A stretch of 64,000 nt of DNA, taken from assembly GCA_963749705.1 (NCBI GenBank), contig CAVVNQ010000003.1:96001-160000 (forward strand). Reading direction: 5' to 3'. Shown here piece after piece: positions 26,629-39,103 of this stretch. The position numbers were made by a program, and so were the translations under genes. The stretch comes from an uncultured Chloroflexia bacterium. Its GTDB lineage: Bacteria > Chloroflexota > Limnocylindria > Limnocylindrales > CSP1-4. Below the pieces are notes generated by a model, which was not told the DNA's origin, made no database searches, and was given only the letters and a program-made list of their open reading frames with translations. Numbering within the stretch: the stretch's first letter is position 1; every line of letters begins with the position of its first letter.

Positions 26629-28725
26629 ATGATCGGTGGACGCCGGCCCATGAAGGGCCGCAAGCCAGCAGACCGACGCGTTCGCGTGGAGCGGCCGCAC
26701 TCCGCCTACTTCCGCTACACGGGACCCGGCCAGCTCGTGGCCAAGCCGACCGCCTCGGTCCCCCGCTCCGGGCTCGGGCGGACGCTCGTGCGCTGGAAGG
26801 CCTGGCTGATCGGCCGGCCGCTGGCCAGTGAGGAGGAGATCGGCGAGCGCCTGTCAAAGCGCCTCGCCCTGCCGATCTTCAGCTCCGACGCGATCAGCTC
26901 GTCGGCGTACGCGACCGAGGAGATCCTGCGGGTGCTGGTGCTCGCGGGGGCTGGCGCGCTGCTCGTGTCGATCGAGGTCGCGATCGCGATCTCCGTGCTG
27001 CTCGCGGTCGTGGCGCTGTCCTATCGCCAGGTCTGCAACGCCTTTCCGGGCGGCGGTGGCGCGTATGCCGTCGCACGCCAGGAGCTGCGACCGATCCTCG
27101 GCCTGATCGCGGCCGCCGCCCTCCTGATCGACTATGTGATGACGGTCGCGGTCTCGACCTCGTCCGCGATGGACCAGCTGATCTCGATCCTGCCCGGGCT
27201 GGAGCTGCTCCGGATCGAGACCGCGGTGGGTGCGATCGCCCTGATCACGATCGCGAACCTGCGCGGGCTGCGCGAATCGGGCAACGTGTTTGCCGTCCCT
27301 ACCTACCTGTTCGTCTCGCTGGCGCTCCTGATCATCGCCAGCGGGCTGTTCCACATCGCGACCGGGACCGTCACGCCCATGCCCCGCCAGGCGGAGGCCG
27401 TGAGGCTGGGCACGGAGAGCCTGGGGATCCTGTTGATCCTCAAGGCGTTTGCCAGCGGCTCGGTCGCGCTCACCGGCGTCGAGGCGATCGCCAACGGCGT
27501 CCCGGCGTTCAAGCCGCCGGAGGCACGGAACGCCGGCAACACGATGCTCGCGATGGCGATCCTGCTGGGCACGATCTTCATCGGCGTGACCATCATCGCG
27601 AGGGTCTACAACATCGTCCCGTCCGCCGCGCTGTCCGGCGGACCGACCGTGATCGCGCTGGTCGCGCAGACCGCGTTCGGCGCCGACGGCCCGCTGCTGT
27701 ACCTGTTCCAGGTCGCCACGGCGCTGATCCTGTTCCTCGCCGCCAACACGAGCTTCAACGCCTTCCCCCGGCTGGCCGCGATCCTCGCCCAGGATGGCTA
27801 CTTCCCCCGCCAGTTCTCGTTCCGCGGTGACCGCCTGGCCTACAGCTGGGGCATCTTCCTGCTGGCCGCCATCGCGGCCGGCCTGTACGTCGCGTTCCGG
27901 GGCAATACCACGGGCCTGATCCCGCTGTACTCGGTCGGCGTGTTCGTGTGCTTCACGCTGTCGCAGGCCGGCATGGTCCTCCACTGGTACCGGGGTCGCC
28001 AGGGCGGTTGGTGGTGGCGACTGTCGGTCAATGCCTTCGGCGCCGCCCTCACCGGCGTCGTGCTGGCGATCGTGCTCCTCGAGAAGTTCGAGCACGGTGC
28101 CTACGTGGTCGCGATCCTGATCCCGACCCTGGCCGCGATGATGCTGTTCGTCAACCGGCAGTACGCGGCATCGCGCCGGCAGCTTGCGGTCCGCGACGAC
28201 TTCATCGTGCCGGCTCCGATCCGCGAGGAACGCGCGATCGTGCCGGTGCCATGGCTCAACCGGTCGGTGGTGCGCGCCGTCAACGTCGCCCGATCGATCG
28301 CCCGCGACGTCCTGGCCGTGTACATCAGCGACGACCCCGAGGCTTCGGCAGCCATGCGCGAGCGCTGGGAACGCCAGATCCCCGGCGTGCCGCTGGTGAT
28401 CGTGGAATCGCCGTATCGCGCGCTCGCCGGCCCGCTCATGGCGTACCTCGACGTGCTGGATCGGGCATGGCCGCCGGACAAGCCGCAGCCGATCACGTTC
28501 GTCGTGATCCCCGAGTACGTCGCGCGGCACTGGTGGGAGCGGCTCCTGTACAACCAGTCCGCCCGTCGACTGCGCTCGATCCTGCTCGGCCGCCCGCACA
28601 CGGTGGTGGTCGACGTGCCGTACCGGCGCGATGAGCCCGGCAAGTTCGGGATCGGCGAGGCCGAGACCGGACCGCCCACCGACGAGCAGGCGGCCGTGAA
28701 GCGCCAGGGGTCCTCCCGGCGGTAG
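26629..28725 (+). CDS. APC-family permease, KimA/YdaO-like K+ transporter (paralog 2)
   Basis: Same motif set as paralog 1 (SSDAISSSAYATEE, LIDYVMTVAVS, ALTGVEAI, LIPLYSVGVF, ESPYR). Confidence 0.9.
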   Translation: MIGGRRPMKGRKPADRRVRVERPHSAYFRYTGPGQLVAKPTASVPRSGLGRTLVRWKAWLIGRPLASEEEIGERLSKRLALPIFSSDAISSSAYATEEILRVLVLAGAGALLVSIEVAIAISVLLAVVALSYRQVCNAFPGGGGAYAVARQELRPILGLIAAAALLIDYVMTVAVSTSSAMDQLISILPGLELLRIETAVGAIALITIANLRGLRESGNVFAVPTYLFVSLALLIIASGLFHIATGTVTPMPRQAEAVRLGTESLGILLILKAFASGSVALTGVEAIANGVPAFKPPEARNAGNTMLAMAILLGTIFIGVTIIARVYNIVPSAALSGGPTVIALVAQTAFGADGPLLYLFQVATALILFLAANTSFNAFPRLAAILAQDGYFPRQFSFRGDRLAYSWGIFLLAAIAAGLYVAFRGNTTGLIPLYSVGVFVCFTLSQAGMVLHWYRGRQGGWWWRLSVNAFGAALTGVVLAIVLLEKFEHGAYVVAILIPTLAAMMLFVNRQYAASRRQLAVRDDFIVPAPIREERAIVPVPWLNRSVVRAVNVARSIARDVLAVYISDDPEASAAMRERWERQIPGVPLVIVESPYRALAGPLMAYLDVLDRAWPPDKPQPITFVVIPEYVARHWWERLLYNQSARRLRSILLGRPHTVVVDVPYRRDEPGKFGIGEAETGPPTDEQAAVKRQGSSRR

Positions 28726-28825
28726 GCGGCCGTGCACGGTGGTATCGTGGCCCAGCGCGGCGACCGTCGCGGGCACTGCCCAGCGCCCTGTCCATCGTCG
28801 CCGACTACGCGGAGGCTCCAAGCCT

Positions 28826-29287
28826 GTGGCCGACTCGTCGGCTCCCCAATTCCGGCGCGCCGTCATCGCGCTGTCCGGCGCCAGAACAGATCGACCGATC
28901 GTCGCGCTGGCGGCAGAGCTCGCACGGACCGGACACGCGGACCTGGTCGGCGTCCATGCCGTGGAGATCGACTGGACGCTGCCTCTTGACGCGGACGTGG
29001 CCGGCCGCTCCGAGGAGGCCCAGCGCGCGCTCGACATCGCCGAGGCAACGGCCGAGGCGCACCACTACAAGCTCGAGACCGTCCTCCTCCAGGCTCGCGA
29101 CGTCGGCGCCGCGATCGTCGACGAGGCGACCGAACGCGAAGCCGACCTGGTCATCTGCGGCCTCCCGTTCCGGCGGCGCTTCGGTGGCGACTTCGCGATC
29201 GGCCGCACCATTCCCTACATCCTGCGGAACGCACCGTGCGCGGTGTGGGTGATCCGAGAAGCCATCCCCGAGGAGCAGAAAGCATGA
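28826..29287 (+). CDS. Universal stress protein (USP)
   Basis: GGAGG + GTG; AIVDEATEREADLVICG...GRTIPYILRNAPCAVWV. Confidence 0.85.
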   Translation: MADSSAPQFRRAVIALSGARTDRPIVALAAELARTGHADLVGVHAVEIDWTLPLDADVAGRSEEAQRALDIAEATAEAHHYKLETVLLQARDVGAAIVDEATEREADLVICGLPFRRRFGGDFAIGRTIPYILRNAPCAVWVIREAIPEEQKA

Positions 29288-29931
29288 AAGCCGTGATCGT
29301 CGGGTGCGGCCGGGTCGGCGCCCGCATCGCCGACGAGCTGGACCGCGCCGGCTGGCAGGTCCTGATCATGGACCTCACGTCCGCCGCCTTCGACCGCCTC
29401 CCGTCCGGGTTTGGCGGCACGGCGCTGCGGGGCGACGGCACCGACGAGGACGTGCTGCGCCGCGCCGGCGCCGAGGATGCCGACCTGTTCCTCGCCCTGA
29501 CCGAGGGCGACAACCGCAACGTGATGGCCGCCCAGCTGGGCGTCGAGGTCCTCGGGGCGCAGCAGACGATCGCCAAGATCAACGATCCGGTCCGCGCCGA
29601 GGCCTACGCGCACCTCGGGATCGCGACGCTGTGCCGGACCAACCTGATGACCGCGGCCGTGCTCGGACACATCGGGCAGGCCGTGCCGGAGCAACCCGGG
29701 ATCTACGCGCCGGCGCTGCCGCACCCGCACCCGCCCGAATCCGAGGGCACGGCTGCCCCGGGGTTGCCGGTCGCGGCACCCTCGACCGGTGGCATGCCGG
29801 CGCCAGCCGAGGGCGGCGCGACGCCCGGGGTGACACCCGGGGTGACACCCGGCGCGACACCGGGCGGCACGGTCCCGGCGGCACCGGGTGGCGACGCAGC
29901 TCCGGGCGATCGGCCCGCGACGGAGGCCTGA
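29284..29931 (+). CDS. TrkA/RCK-N protein (CeoB-like) with Pro/Gly tail
   Basis: IVGCGRVG, GDGTDEDVLRRAG, TEGDNRN; no RCK-C, tail has TPG repeats. Confidence 0.88.
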   Translation: MKAVIVGCGRVGARIADELDRAGWQVLIMDLTSAAFDRLPSGFGGTALRGDGTDEDVLRRAGAEDADLFLALTEGDNRNVMAAQLGVEVLGAQQTIAKINDPVRAEAYAHLGIATLCRTNLMTAAVLGHIGQAVPEQPGIYAPALPHPHPPESEGTAAPGLPVAAPSTGGMPAPAEGGATPGVTPGVTPGATPGGTVPAAPGGDAAPGDRPATEA

Positions 29932-29934
29932 TCG

Positions 29935-30606
29935 ATGTTCGTGCTGGTCGTCGGCGGCGGCAAGGTCGGCTACTACCTGACCAAGGAGCTCATCGAGTCG
30001 GGGCACGAGGTCGTCCTGATGGAGCGGGATCTGCGCCGCGCGGCGCAGATCGCCGACGAGATCGGGTCGGTCGTGATCGCGCAGGACGGCTGCGAGGGCA
30101 AGTACCTCCACCAGGCGGGCGCGAACCGGGCCGACATCGTGGCGGCGGTCACGGGCGACGACGAGGACAACCTCGTGATCTGCCAGATGGCCAAGCATCA
30201 TTTCGACGTGCCGCGGACGATCGCCCGGGTCAACAACCCCAAGAACGAGCAGCTGTTCCGGCACCTCGGCGTCGACGAGATCATCAGCCCCACCCGGATG
30301 ATCCTGGGCTCGATCGAGCAGGACATCCCGGTCCACGAGCTGCTCCATCTCGCGGCCCTGGGCGTGGGCGAGCTGGAGATCATCGAGGCGCGGCTCGAGT
30401 CGGGCTCGCCGGCAATCGGCCGGATCGCCCTCGACCTGTCGGTGCCCAAGGGCTGCTCGCTGTTCGGCGTGATCCGTGACGGCGTGCCGACGCCGCTCCG
30501 GGGCGACACGGTCCTGGCGGTAGGCGACAAGGTCATCGCGATCGGCCGGCCGGACTGTGAGCCACTGCTGCGTGAGCAGCTGATCGGGGACGCCGTCGAG
30601 GCGTAG
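29935..30606 (+). CDS. TrkA-family RCK-N + RCK-C protein (CeoC-like)
   Basis: VVGGGKVG, AVTGDDEDNLVIC, ARVNNPKNE, PLRGDTVLAVGDKV. Confidence 0.9.
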   Translation: MFVLVVGGGKVGYYLTKELIESGHEVVLMERDLRRAAQIADEIGSVVIAQDGCEGKYLHQAGANRADIVAAVTGDDEDNLVICQMAKHHFDVPRTIARVNNPKNEQLFRHLGVDEIISPTRMILGSIEQDIPVHELLHLAALGVGELEIIEARLESGSPAIGRIALDLSVPKGCSLFGVIRDGVPTPLRGDTVLAVGDKVIAIGRPDCEPLLREQLIGDAVEA

Positions 30607-30610
30607 CCCC

Positions 30611-30690
30611 GGCCGCACGCCAGGGCGCACGCCAGGGCGCACGCCGGGACGCGCGCCAGCCCGGTCGCACGTCAGGGCGCACGCCAGCCC
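30611..30690. repeat. Degenerate 12-bp tandem repeats (gggcgcacgcca)
   Basis: About six imperfect copies right after the trkA stop. Confidence 0.75.
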
Positions 30691-30815
30691 CGCCGACAAC
30701 CCAGCCGCGTCGCCGTCGCTCGCTTCGGCGGCTGGCCTCATCACCCCGCCGACGGCGCCTCGCTGCGGGAGGCGCACCGTCTTGGCAGGAATTCTGCGAG
30801 ATCTTGGTTAGAACT

Positions 30816-30846
30816 CTTGACAACGCCATTGTCAAGGTTTTAGCCT
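30816..30846 (+). promoter_or_regulatory. Heat-shock promoter with HAIR-like inverted repeat
   Basis: CTTGACAA-cgcca-TTGTCAAG (30816-30836) overlapping TTGACA-18 nt-TAGCCT. Confidence 0.8.
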
Positions 30847-30945
30847 GTTCGTTGTCCGGTGATGACCCGTCTGGCCGCACCGGCAACCACTCACCACAGC
30901 ACCGTCGGTGGATCGCCGCCGGTGGATTGGCAGGAGGCTCGACCC

Positions 30946-31458
30946 ATGACGCTCGTACGCCGGTCGTCGCCCTTCAGCGAGCTGTTGACGCTTCGCCAGG
31001 CGATGGACCGCCTTTTCGATGACACCGTATTCCGTCCGTACACGGCCTACTCGGCAAACGGCGACCTCGCGCGGCTTCCGCTCGATGTCCGAACGACGCC
31101 GGATGCCCTGCTGGTGGAGGCCGAGCTGCCCGGCATGAAGCCCGAGGACGTCTCGATCACGGTCGAGAACGGCACGCTCACCATCCACGCCGAGGATCGC
31201 AGCGAGCGGTCCGAGGAGCAGGGGGACTGGCTGGTCAGGGAGATCTCCCACGGCAGCCTGATGCGGACGGTGACGCTGCCCACCGGTCTCGAGGCCGACA
31301 AGGCGGAAGCAACCTTCGAGCACGGCGTGCTCAAGCTGCGGATCCCCCGAGCCGAGCAGGTGAAGCCGCGCCAGATCCAGATCCGTCCGGTCACCGCGGG
31401 CGAGGCCCGCGCGGTCGAGGACGGTCGCGCCGTCGGCACCGGGAAGTCCGAGGCCTGA
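30946..31458 (+). CDS. Hsp20/alpha-crystallin small heat-shock protein
   Basis: AGGAGG RBS; AMDRLFDD, AELPGMKPEDV, ATFEHGVLKLRIP. Confidence 0.94.
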   Translation: MTLVRRSSPFSELLTLRQAMDRLFDDTVFRPYTAYSANGDLARLPLDVRTTPDALLVEAELPGMKPEDVSITVENGTLTIHAEDRSERSEEQGDWLVREISHGSLMRTVTLPTGLEADKAEATFEHGVLKLRIPRAEQVKPRQIQIRPVTAGEARAVEDGRAVGTGKSEA

Positions 31459-31461
31459 CGG

Positions 31462-31866
31462 ATGGCGGCGGCGCGCCGGCCGGACCGGGACCCCACCAGA
31501 CCTGTCTACGTCATCAGCGTGGCCGCGACCCTCGTGTCCGCGCACCCGAGGACGCTGCGGATCTACGAGGGCGAGGGACTGATCTGCCCGGCGCGCACGC
31601 CGACGAACATCCGCCTCTACTCCGAAGAGGACATCCGCCGGATCCTGTGGATCCGGCATCTCACCCAGGATCGCGGCGTCAACCTCGCCGGGGTCCGCAC
31701 GCTGTTCGAGCTCGAGGAGCGCCTCGGCCAGCGGATCCTCGAGGCGCTCTACGACGAAGGAACCCGCGACAAGCCCCGGGACGGAACCGCCGAAGCCACG
31801 GCGGGACGCACGGCCGGCTCCGCAGGGACCGCACCGGACAACGGCTCCGGAGCGAAAGACCGATGA
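31462..31866 (+). CDS. hspR: MerR-family heat-shock repressor HspR
   Basis: [31 protein letters not shown]...RLYS, GVNLAGV; chaperone context. Confidence 0.85.
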   Translation: MAAARRPDRDPTRPVYVISVAATLVSAHPRTLRIYEGEGLICPARTPTNIRLYSEEDIRRILWIRHLTQDRGVNLAGVRTLFELEERLGQRILEALYDEGTRDKPRDGTAEATAGRTAGSAGTAPDNGSGAKDR

Positions 31867-31942
31867 ACAACCCCAGCCGGAATCAACACCGCAACCGAAC
31901 CGTCGCGCCGGGCCAGCCGGGCGACAACGCAAGGAGAACCTG

Positions 31943-34432
31943 ATGGCCAAGCGACCGTCGAACCCGGAGGAGCAGCAGGCAGCCTCCGCGCCGCGCGAGC
32001 TGCCCCTCGTCGCCCTCCGGGAGACGGTCATCTTCCCGGAGATGATCGTTCCGCTCCAGGTGGGGCGCGAGAAGAGCGTCGCGGCGCTCAATGCCGCCGT
32101 CGAGAGCGGCGGCCCCATCGCGCTGGTGACCCAGCGTCACCCGGAGCAGGAGGAGATCGGCGACCCGTCCGAGCTCTACCCGATCGGTACCCTGGCCAAG
32201 ATCGCCCAGGTGGTCCAGCTCCAGGACGGCACCGTGCGTGCGATCGTGCAGGGCCAGGGCCGGATCCGCGTCAACGGGTTCGTCCACACGTCGCCATATC
32301 TCGCGGCGCGCGTGGAGGAGCTGGCCGACGCGAGCCCGGGCGGCCTCGAGATCCAGGCCCTGATGCGCAGCGTCCAGGCCCAGATCGAGCAGTACGTCGC
32401 CAACGGGGCACCCGTGCCGCCCGAGGCGGCCGTCGCCGCCCGCAACATCACCGAGCCGGGCCTGCTCGCCGACATGGTGGCGTACAGCCCCGACATGTCC
32501 ACCGAGCAGCGCCAGGAGCTGCTCGAGACGATCGACGTCGAGGAGCGGCTCAAGCTCGTCTCGACGTTCCTCGCCCGCCAGATCGAGATCCTCGAGCTCA
32601 AGGGGAAGATCCAGAGCGAGGTCAAGTCCGAGATGGACAAGACCCAGCGCGAGTACATCCTGCGCGAGCAGCTCAAGGCCATCCAGCGCGAGCTGGGCGA
32701 GGACGATCCGCAGCAGGCGGAGATCAACGAGCTTCGCGAGAAGGTCGAGGCCGCCGGCATGCCCGAGGAGGTCCGGACCCGGGCGATCAAGGAGATCGAC
32801 CGGATGAGCCGGATCCCGTCCGCCTCACCCGAGGTCGGCGTGATCCGCACCTACGTCGACTGGCTGGTCGCGCTGCCGTGGAACGTGTCGACGGACGACC
32901 GGCTCGACATCAAGGAGGCCGCCCAGATCCTCGAGGAGGATCACTACGGGCTGGAGAAGGTCAAGGAGCGCATCCTCGAGTACCTCGCGGTGCGCACCCT
33001 CGCGGACACGATCCGCAGCCCGATCCTGCTGTTCGTCGGCCCGCCCGGCGTGGGCAAGACGAGCCTGGGCAAGAGCATCGCCAAGGCGATGGGTCGCAAG
33101 TTCACCCGGATGAGCCTGGGCGGAATCCACGACGAGGCGGAGATCCGCGGCCATCGGCGCACCTACATCGGGGCGCTTCCCGGACGGATCATCCAGAGCA
33201 TCAAGACGGCGGGCACGAACAACCCGGTGTTCATGCTCGACGAGGTCGACAAGATCGGCATGGACTTCCGCGGCGATCCGTCGTCCGCGCTGCTCGAGGT
33301 CCTCGACCCGGAGCAGAACTTCAGCTTCCAGGACAACTACCTCGAGGTGCCGTTCGACCTGCGCAAGGTGCTGTTCATCGCCACCGCCAACCTGCTGGAT
33401 CCGATCCCGGCCGCCCTGCGCGACCGGATGGAGGTCATCCAGCTGCCCGGCTACACCCAGCGCGAGAAGGTGGAGATCGCCAAGCGGTTCCTGGTTCCCA
33501 AGCAGATGGAGAACCATGGCCTGACCGCGAAGCGGATCGAGCTCACCGACGCCGCGCTGGTGGAGCTGGTGCAGGCGTACACGCACGAGGCCGGCGTCCG
33601 GAACCTCGAGCGCGAGATCGCCAACATCATGCGCAAGGTTGCCCGCGCCGTCGCCGAGGGCCGCAAGCGCAAGGTCGTCGTCGACCTCAAGCAGCTCAAC
33701 GCGTATCTCGGGCCGCCGCGGTTCGAGTACGGCGAGCTCGAGGCCGAGGACCAGACGGGCAGCGCGACGGGCCTGGTCGTGACCGAGGTCGGTGGCGATG
33801 TCGTGGCCGTCGAGGTCACCAAGATGGAAGGCAAGGAGGACTTCATCCTCACCGGGCAGCTGGGCGACGTGATGCGGGAGTCGGCGCGTGCCGCGCTGTC
33901 GTGGATCCGGTCCAACGCGGCGGACCTCGGCATCGCCCGCGAGGTGTTCGAGAAGAACACCCTGCACATCCACGTCCCGGCCGGCGCGATCCCCAAGGAC
34001 GGGCCGTCCGCGGGCGTCACGATGGCCACGGCGATGGTCTCCGCGCTGGCCGGCATCCCCGTCCGCAAGGACGTCGCGATGACGGGCGAGATCACGCTCC
34101 GCGGGCGCGTCCTTCCCATCGGCGGCCTCAAGAGCAAGATCCTCGCCGCCCACCTGTCGGGTGCCGGCATGGTGATCCTTCCCCGCAAGAACGAGAAGGA
34201 CCTTCGCGACATCCCCGAGGACGTCCGGAAGCAGCTCAAGCTGGTGATGGCCGACAACATGGACCAGGTGCTCGACGCGGCGCTCCGGCGCCGCCCGAAG
34301 CCGCTCAAGCCCACGACACCCGTCGTGACCGGCGGCGGCAGCTCCAAGCCCGAGTCCGAGTCGGGGACCCGCGTCCGCCGGGCCCCCTTCCCGCCTGCCG
34401 ACCAGCCGCAGGTCGTCGTCGGCGGCCGGTAG
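31943..34432 (+). CDS. lon: ATP-dependent Lon protease
   Basis: LON N-domain, [22 protein letters not shown] catalytic Ser. Confidence 0.98.
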   Translation: MAKRPSNPEEQQAASAPRELPLVALRETVIFPEMIVPLQVGREKSVAALNAAVESGGPIALVTQRHPEQEEIGDPSELYPIGTLAKIAQVVQLQDGTVRAIVQGQGRIRVNGFVHTSPYLAARVEELADASPGGLEIQALMRSVQAQIEQYVANGAPVPPEAAVAARNITEPGLLADMVAYSPDMSTEQRQELLETIDVEERLKLVSTFLARQIEILELKGKIQSEVKSEMDKTQREYILREQLKAIQRELGEDDPQQAEINELREKVEAAGMPEEVRTRAIKEIDRMSRIPSASPEVGVIRTYVDWLVALPWNVSTDDRLDIKEAAQILEEDHYGLEKVKERILEYLAVRTLADTIRSPILLFVGPPGVGKTSLGKSIAKAMGRKFTRMSLGGIHDEAEIRGHRRTYIGALPGRIIQSIKTAGTNNPVFMLDEVDKIGMDFRGDPSSALLEVLDPEQNFSFQDNYLEVPFDLRKVLFIATANLLDPIPAALRDRMEVIQLPGYTQREKVEIAKRFLVPKQMENHGLTAKRIELTDAALVELVQAYTHEAGVRNLEREIANIMRKVARAVAEGRKRKVVVDLKQLNAYLGPPRFEYGELEAEDQTGSATGLVVTEVGGDVVAVEVTKMEGKEDFILTGQLGDVMRESARAALSWIRSNAADLGIAREVFEKNTLHIHVPAGAIPKDGPSAGVTMATAMVSALAGIPVRKDVAMTGEITLRGRVLPIGGLKSKILAAHLSGAGMVILPRKNEKDLRDIPEDVRKQLKLVMADNMDQVLDAALRRRPKPLKPTTPVVTGGGSSKPESESGTRVRRAPFPPADQPQVVVGGR

Positions 34433-34557
34433 GAGGACTGCTGGGACGCCCGATGCGCCTGTCGTCCGCACCCACTCCCGCCGGCGTGCGCGCCGTGTTG
34501 CCCCGATGGGGCCGCACGGCGCGGCTGCGCTGCGGCGCGCCCGAAGGGGGTTGAGCC

Positions 34558-35646
34558 GTGGAGTATCGGGACTACTACCAGATCCTCGGCATCCCGCGGA
34601 CCGCGTCCCAGGCCGAGGTCAAGAAGGCGTTTCGTAAGCTGGCCCGCCAGCACCACCCGGATCGCAACCCCGGTGACGCGTCGGCCGAGAAGCGGTTCAA
34701 GGACGTCAACGAGGCCAACGCGGTCCTGTCCGATCCCGACAAGCGCAAGCAGTACGACACGCTGGGCGCGGACTGGGAGCAGTTCCAGCACGCCGGCGGG
34801 AGCCGGGGCGCCGATCCGTTCGGTCCCGGCGGCCCGTTTGCGGGCTTCAGCGGCTTCAACAGCCGCGGCGGCGCCGGCCAATCGGGCAACGTCCGCTACG
34901 AGTTCCGGACGTCCAGCGACACGGATGCGGGCTTCTCCGACTTCTTCCGCATGTTCTTCTCGGGTGCCGGGTCCGCGCCGCCGGGTGGTCGCCGCGATGC
35001 CGCGGCGGACCGTGCCGCCAGGCGGGGCCGCACGGGAGGGCCGGGGTTCGAGGACATCCTGGCCGGGATGGGCCTCGACGGCGCGCCGTCCGGGCGCGCG
35101 ACTCGTTCCGGAGCGGGAGCGCGGACGAAGGTGCGCCCGCCCGAGGTCGAGGCTCCGGCCGAGCTGAGCCTCGAGGAGACGTATCACGGCACCACGCGCC
35201 TGGTCGAGGTGGAGGGCAAGCGGTACGAGGTCCGGATCCCGCGCGGCGCGGACACGGGCAGCCGAATCCGCCTGAGCGGCAAGGGACCCGACGGCCGCGA
35301 CCTGATCGTCACGGTGCGGGTACGTCCGCACGAGACCTACACGCGGCGGGGCGCAGACCTCGAGCGCGAGCTGCCGGTCACGCTCCGCGAGGCGCTGCTC
35401 GGCGGCGAGCTGCCCGTGACCACGCTCAAGGGCCGGATCCTGCTCACGATCCCCGCCGGGACGCAGAATGGCCGGACCTTCCGCCTCACCGGGCAGGGCA
35501 TGCCCAGGCTCAAGGGGGACGGCATGGGCGACCTGTACATCAAGATCCGCGTCGTGCTTCCGGCCAGCCTCAGCGACGAGGCCCGGGCCGCGGCGGCCAC
35601 CTTCCTCGACCTCGTCGACCAGCCGGACCCTCGGGCAGCCGGCTGA
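34558..35646 (+). CDS. DnaJ class B / CbpA-like co-chaperone (no zinc finger)
   Basis: DYYQILG, HPD, G/F-rich region, C-terminal DnaJ_C; no CxxCxGxG. Confidence 0.92.
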   Translation: MEYRDYYQILGIPRTASQAEVKKAFRKLARQHHPDRNPGDASAEKRFKDVNEANAVLSDPDKRKQYDTLGADWEQFQHAGGSRGADPFGPGGPFAGFSGFNSRGGAGQSGNVRYEFRTSSDTDAGFSDFFRMFFSGAGSAPPGGRRDAAADRAARRGRTGGPGFEDILAGMGLDGAPSGRATRSGAGARTKVRPPEVEAPAELSLEETYHGTTRLVEVEGKRYEVRIPRGADTGSRIRLSGKGPDGRDLIVTVRVRPHETYTRRGADLERELPVTLREALLGGELPVTTLKGRILLTIPAGTQNGRTFRLTGQGMPRLKGDGMGDLYIKIRVVLPASLSDEARAAAATFLDLVDQPDPRAAG

Positions 35647-35679
35647 CGTTCATGCGGCCCGACCACGCAGAGACCGACC

Positions 35680-38424
<2,745 letters not shown>

Positions 38425-38449
38425 CCGCGACGCGGAGCCGGACGGCCCG

Positions 38450-39097
38450 ATGCAGCACGAGGAGGCCGTCCGACGCCTGAAACAGCTGCCCGCGCAGCTG
38501 CCGGAGGGCCCGGCCTCGTTGATGCCCGTGGTGGTCGAGACCGGCGAGGCCCGCGTCCGGCCCCCGTGGGACGAGGTCGCGGCGTCATCGTCCCGACCTG
38601 CCGCCGTGCTGGTGCTGCTATACCCCGATGCGGACGGCGTCGCCCGGATCGTGCTGACCGAACGAGCGGATCGCGGCGGGCATCACTCGGGCGAGGTCTC
38701 GTTCCCCGGCGGCCGCGAGGAGCCCGGCGATGCCGATGCTGCGGCCACCGCGCTCCGCGAAGCGTCCGAGGAGGTCGGGCTCGATGTCGCCGCCGCGGGG
38801 GTGCGCGTCCTCGGAAGCCTGCCGGTGCACTGGATCCCGGTCAGCAACTTCGCGGTGACTCCGGTCATCGCCGTCGCGGACCGGCGGCCGGCGCTGACCG
38901 CGCAGCCAACCGAGGTCGCCGCGATCCTCGAGCCACCCCTGTCCGCGTTCCTGCCCGGCGCGTCGCTGCAGATGGTGGAGCGCGACATCCGCGGGGTCCG
39001 GGTCCGCTACGCGGCCTATCCGATCGACGGGCTGGCCGTCTGGGGGATGACCGCGCGCGTGCTGGGCGGCCTGGGGGCGTGGCTGACGCGAGGCTGA
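38450..39097 (+). CDS. Nudix CoA pyrophosphatase (NudL/PCD1-like)
   Basis: AAVLVLL, LTER...HSGEVSFPGG, ALREASEEVG, VWGMTA. Confidence 0.9.
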   Translation: MQHEEAVRRLKQLPAQLPEGPASLMPVVVETGEARVRPPWDEVAASSSRPAAVLVLLYPDADGVARIVLTERADRGGHHSGEVSFPGGREEPGDADAAATALREASEEVGLDVAAAGVRVLGSLPVHWIPVSNFAVTPVIAVADRRPALTAQPTEVAAILEPPLSAFLPGASLQMVERDIRGVRVRYAAYPIDGLAVWGMTARVLGGLGAWLTRG

Positions 39098-39103
39098 CGT
39101 CCG

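Noticed and set aside
30611-30690. Possible CRISPR or iteron array
   Set aside because: Degenerate 12-bp GC-rich microrepeat with no spacers and no rep gene
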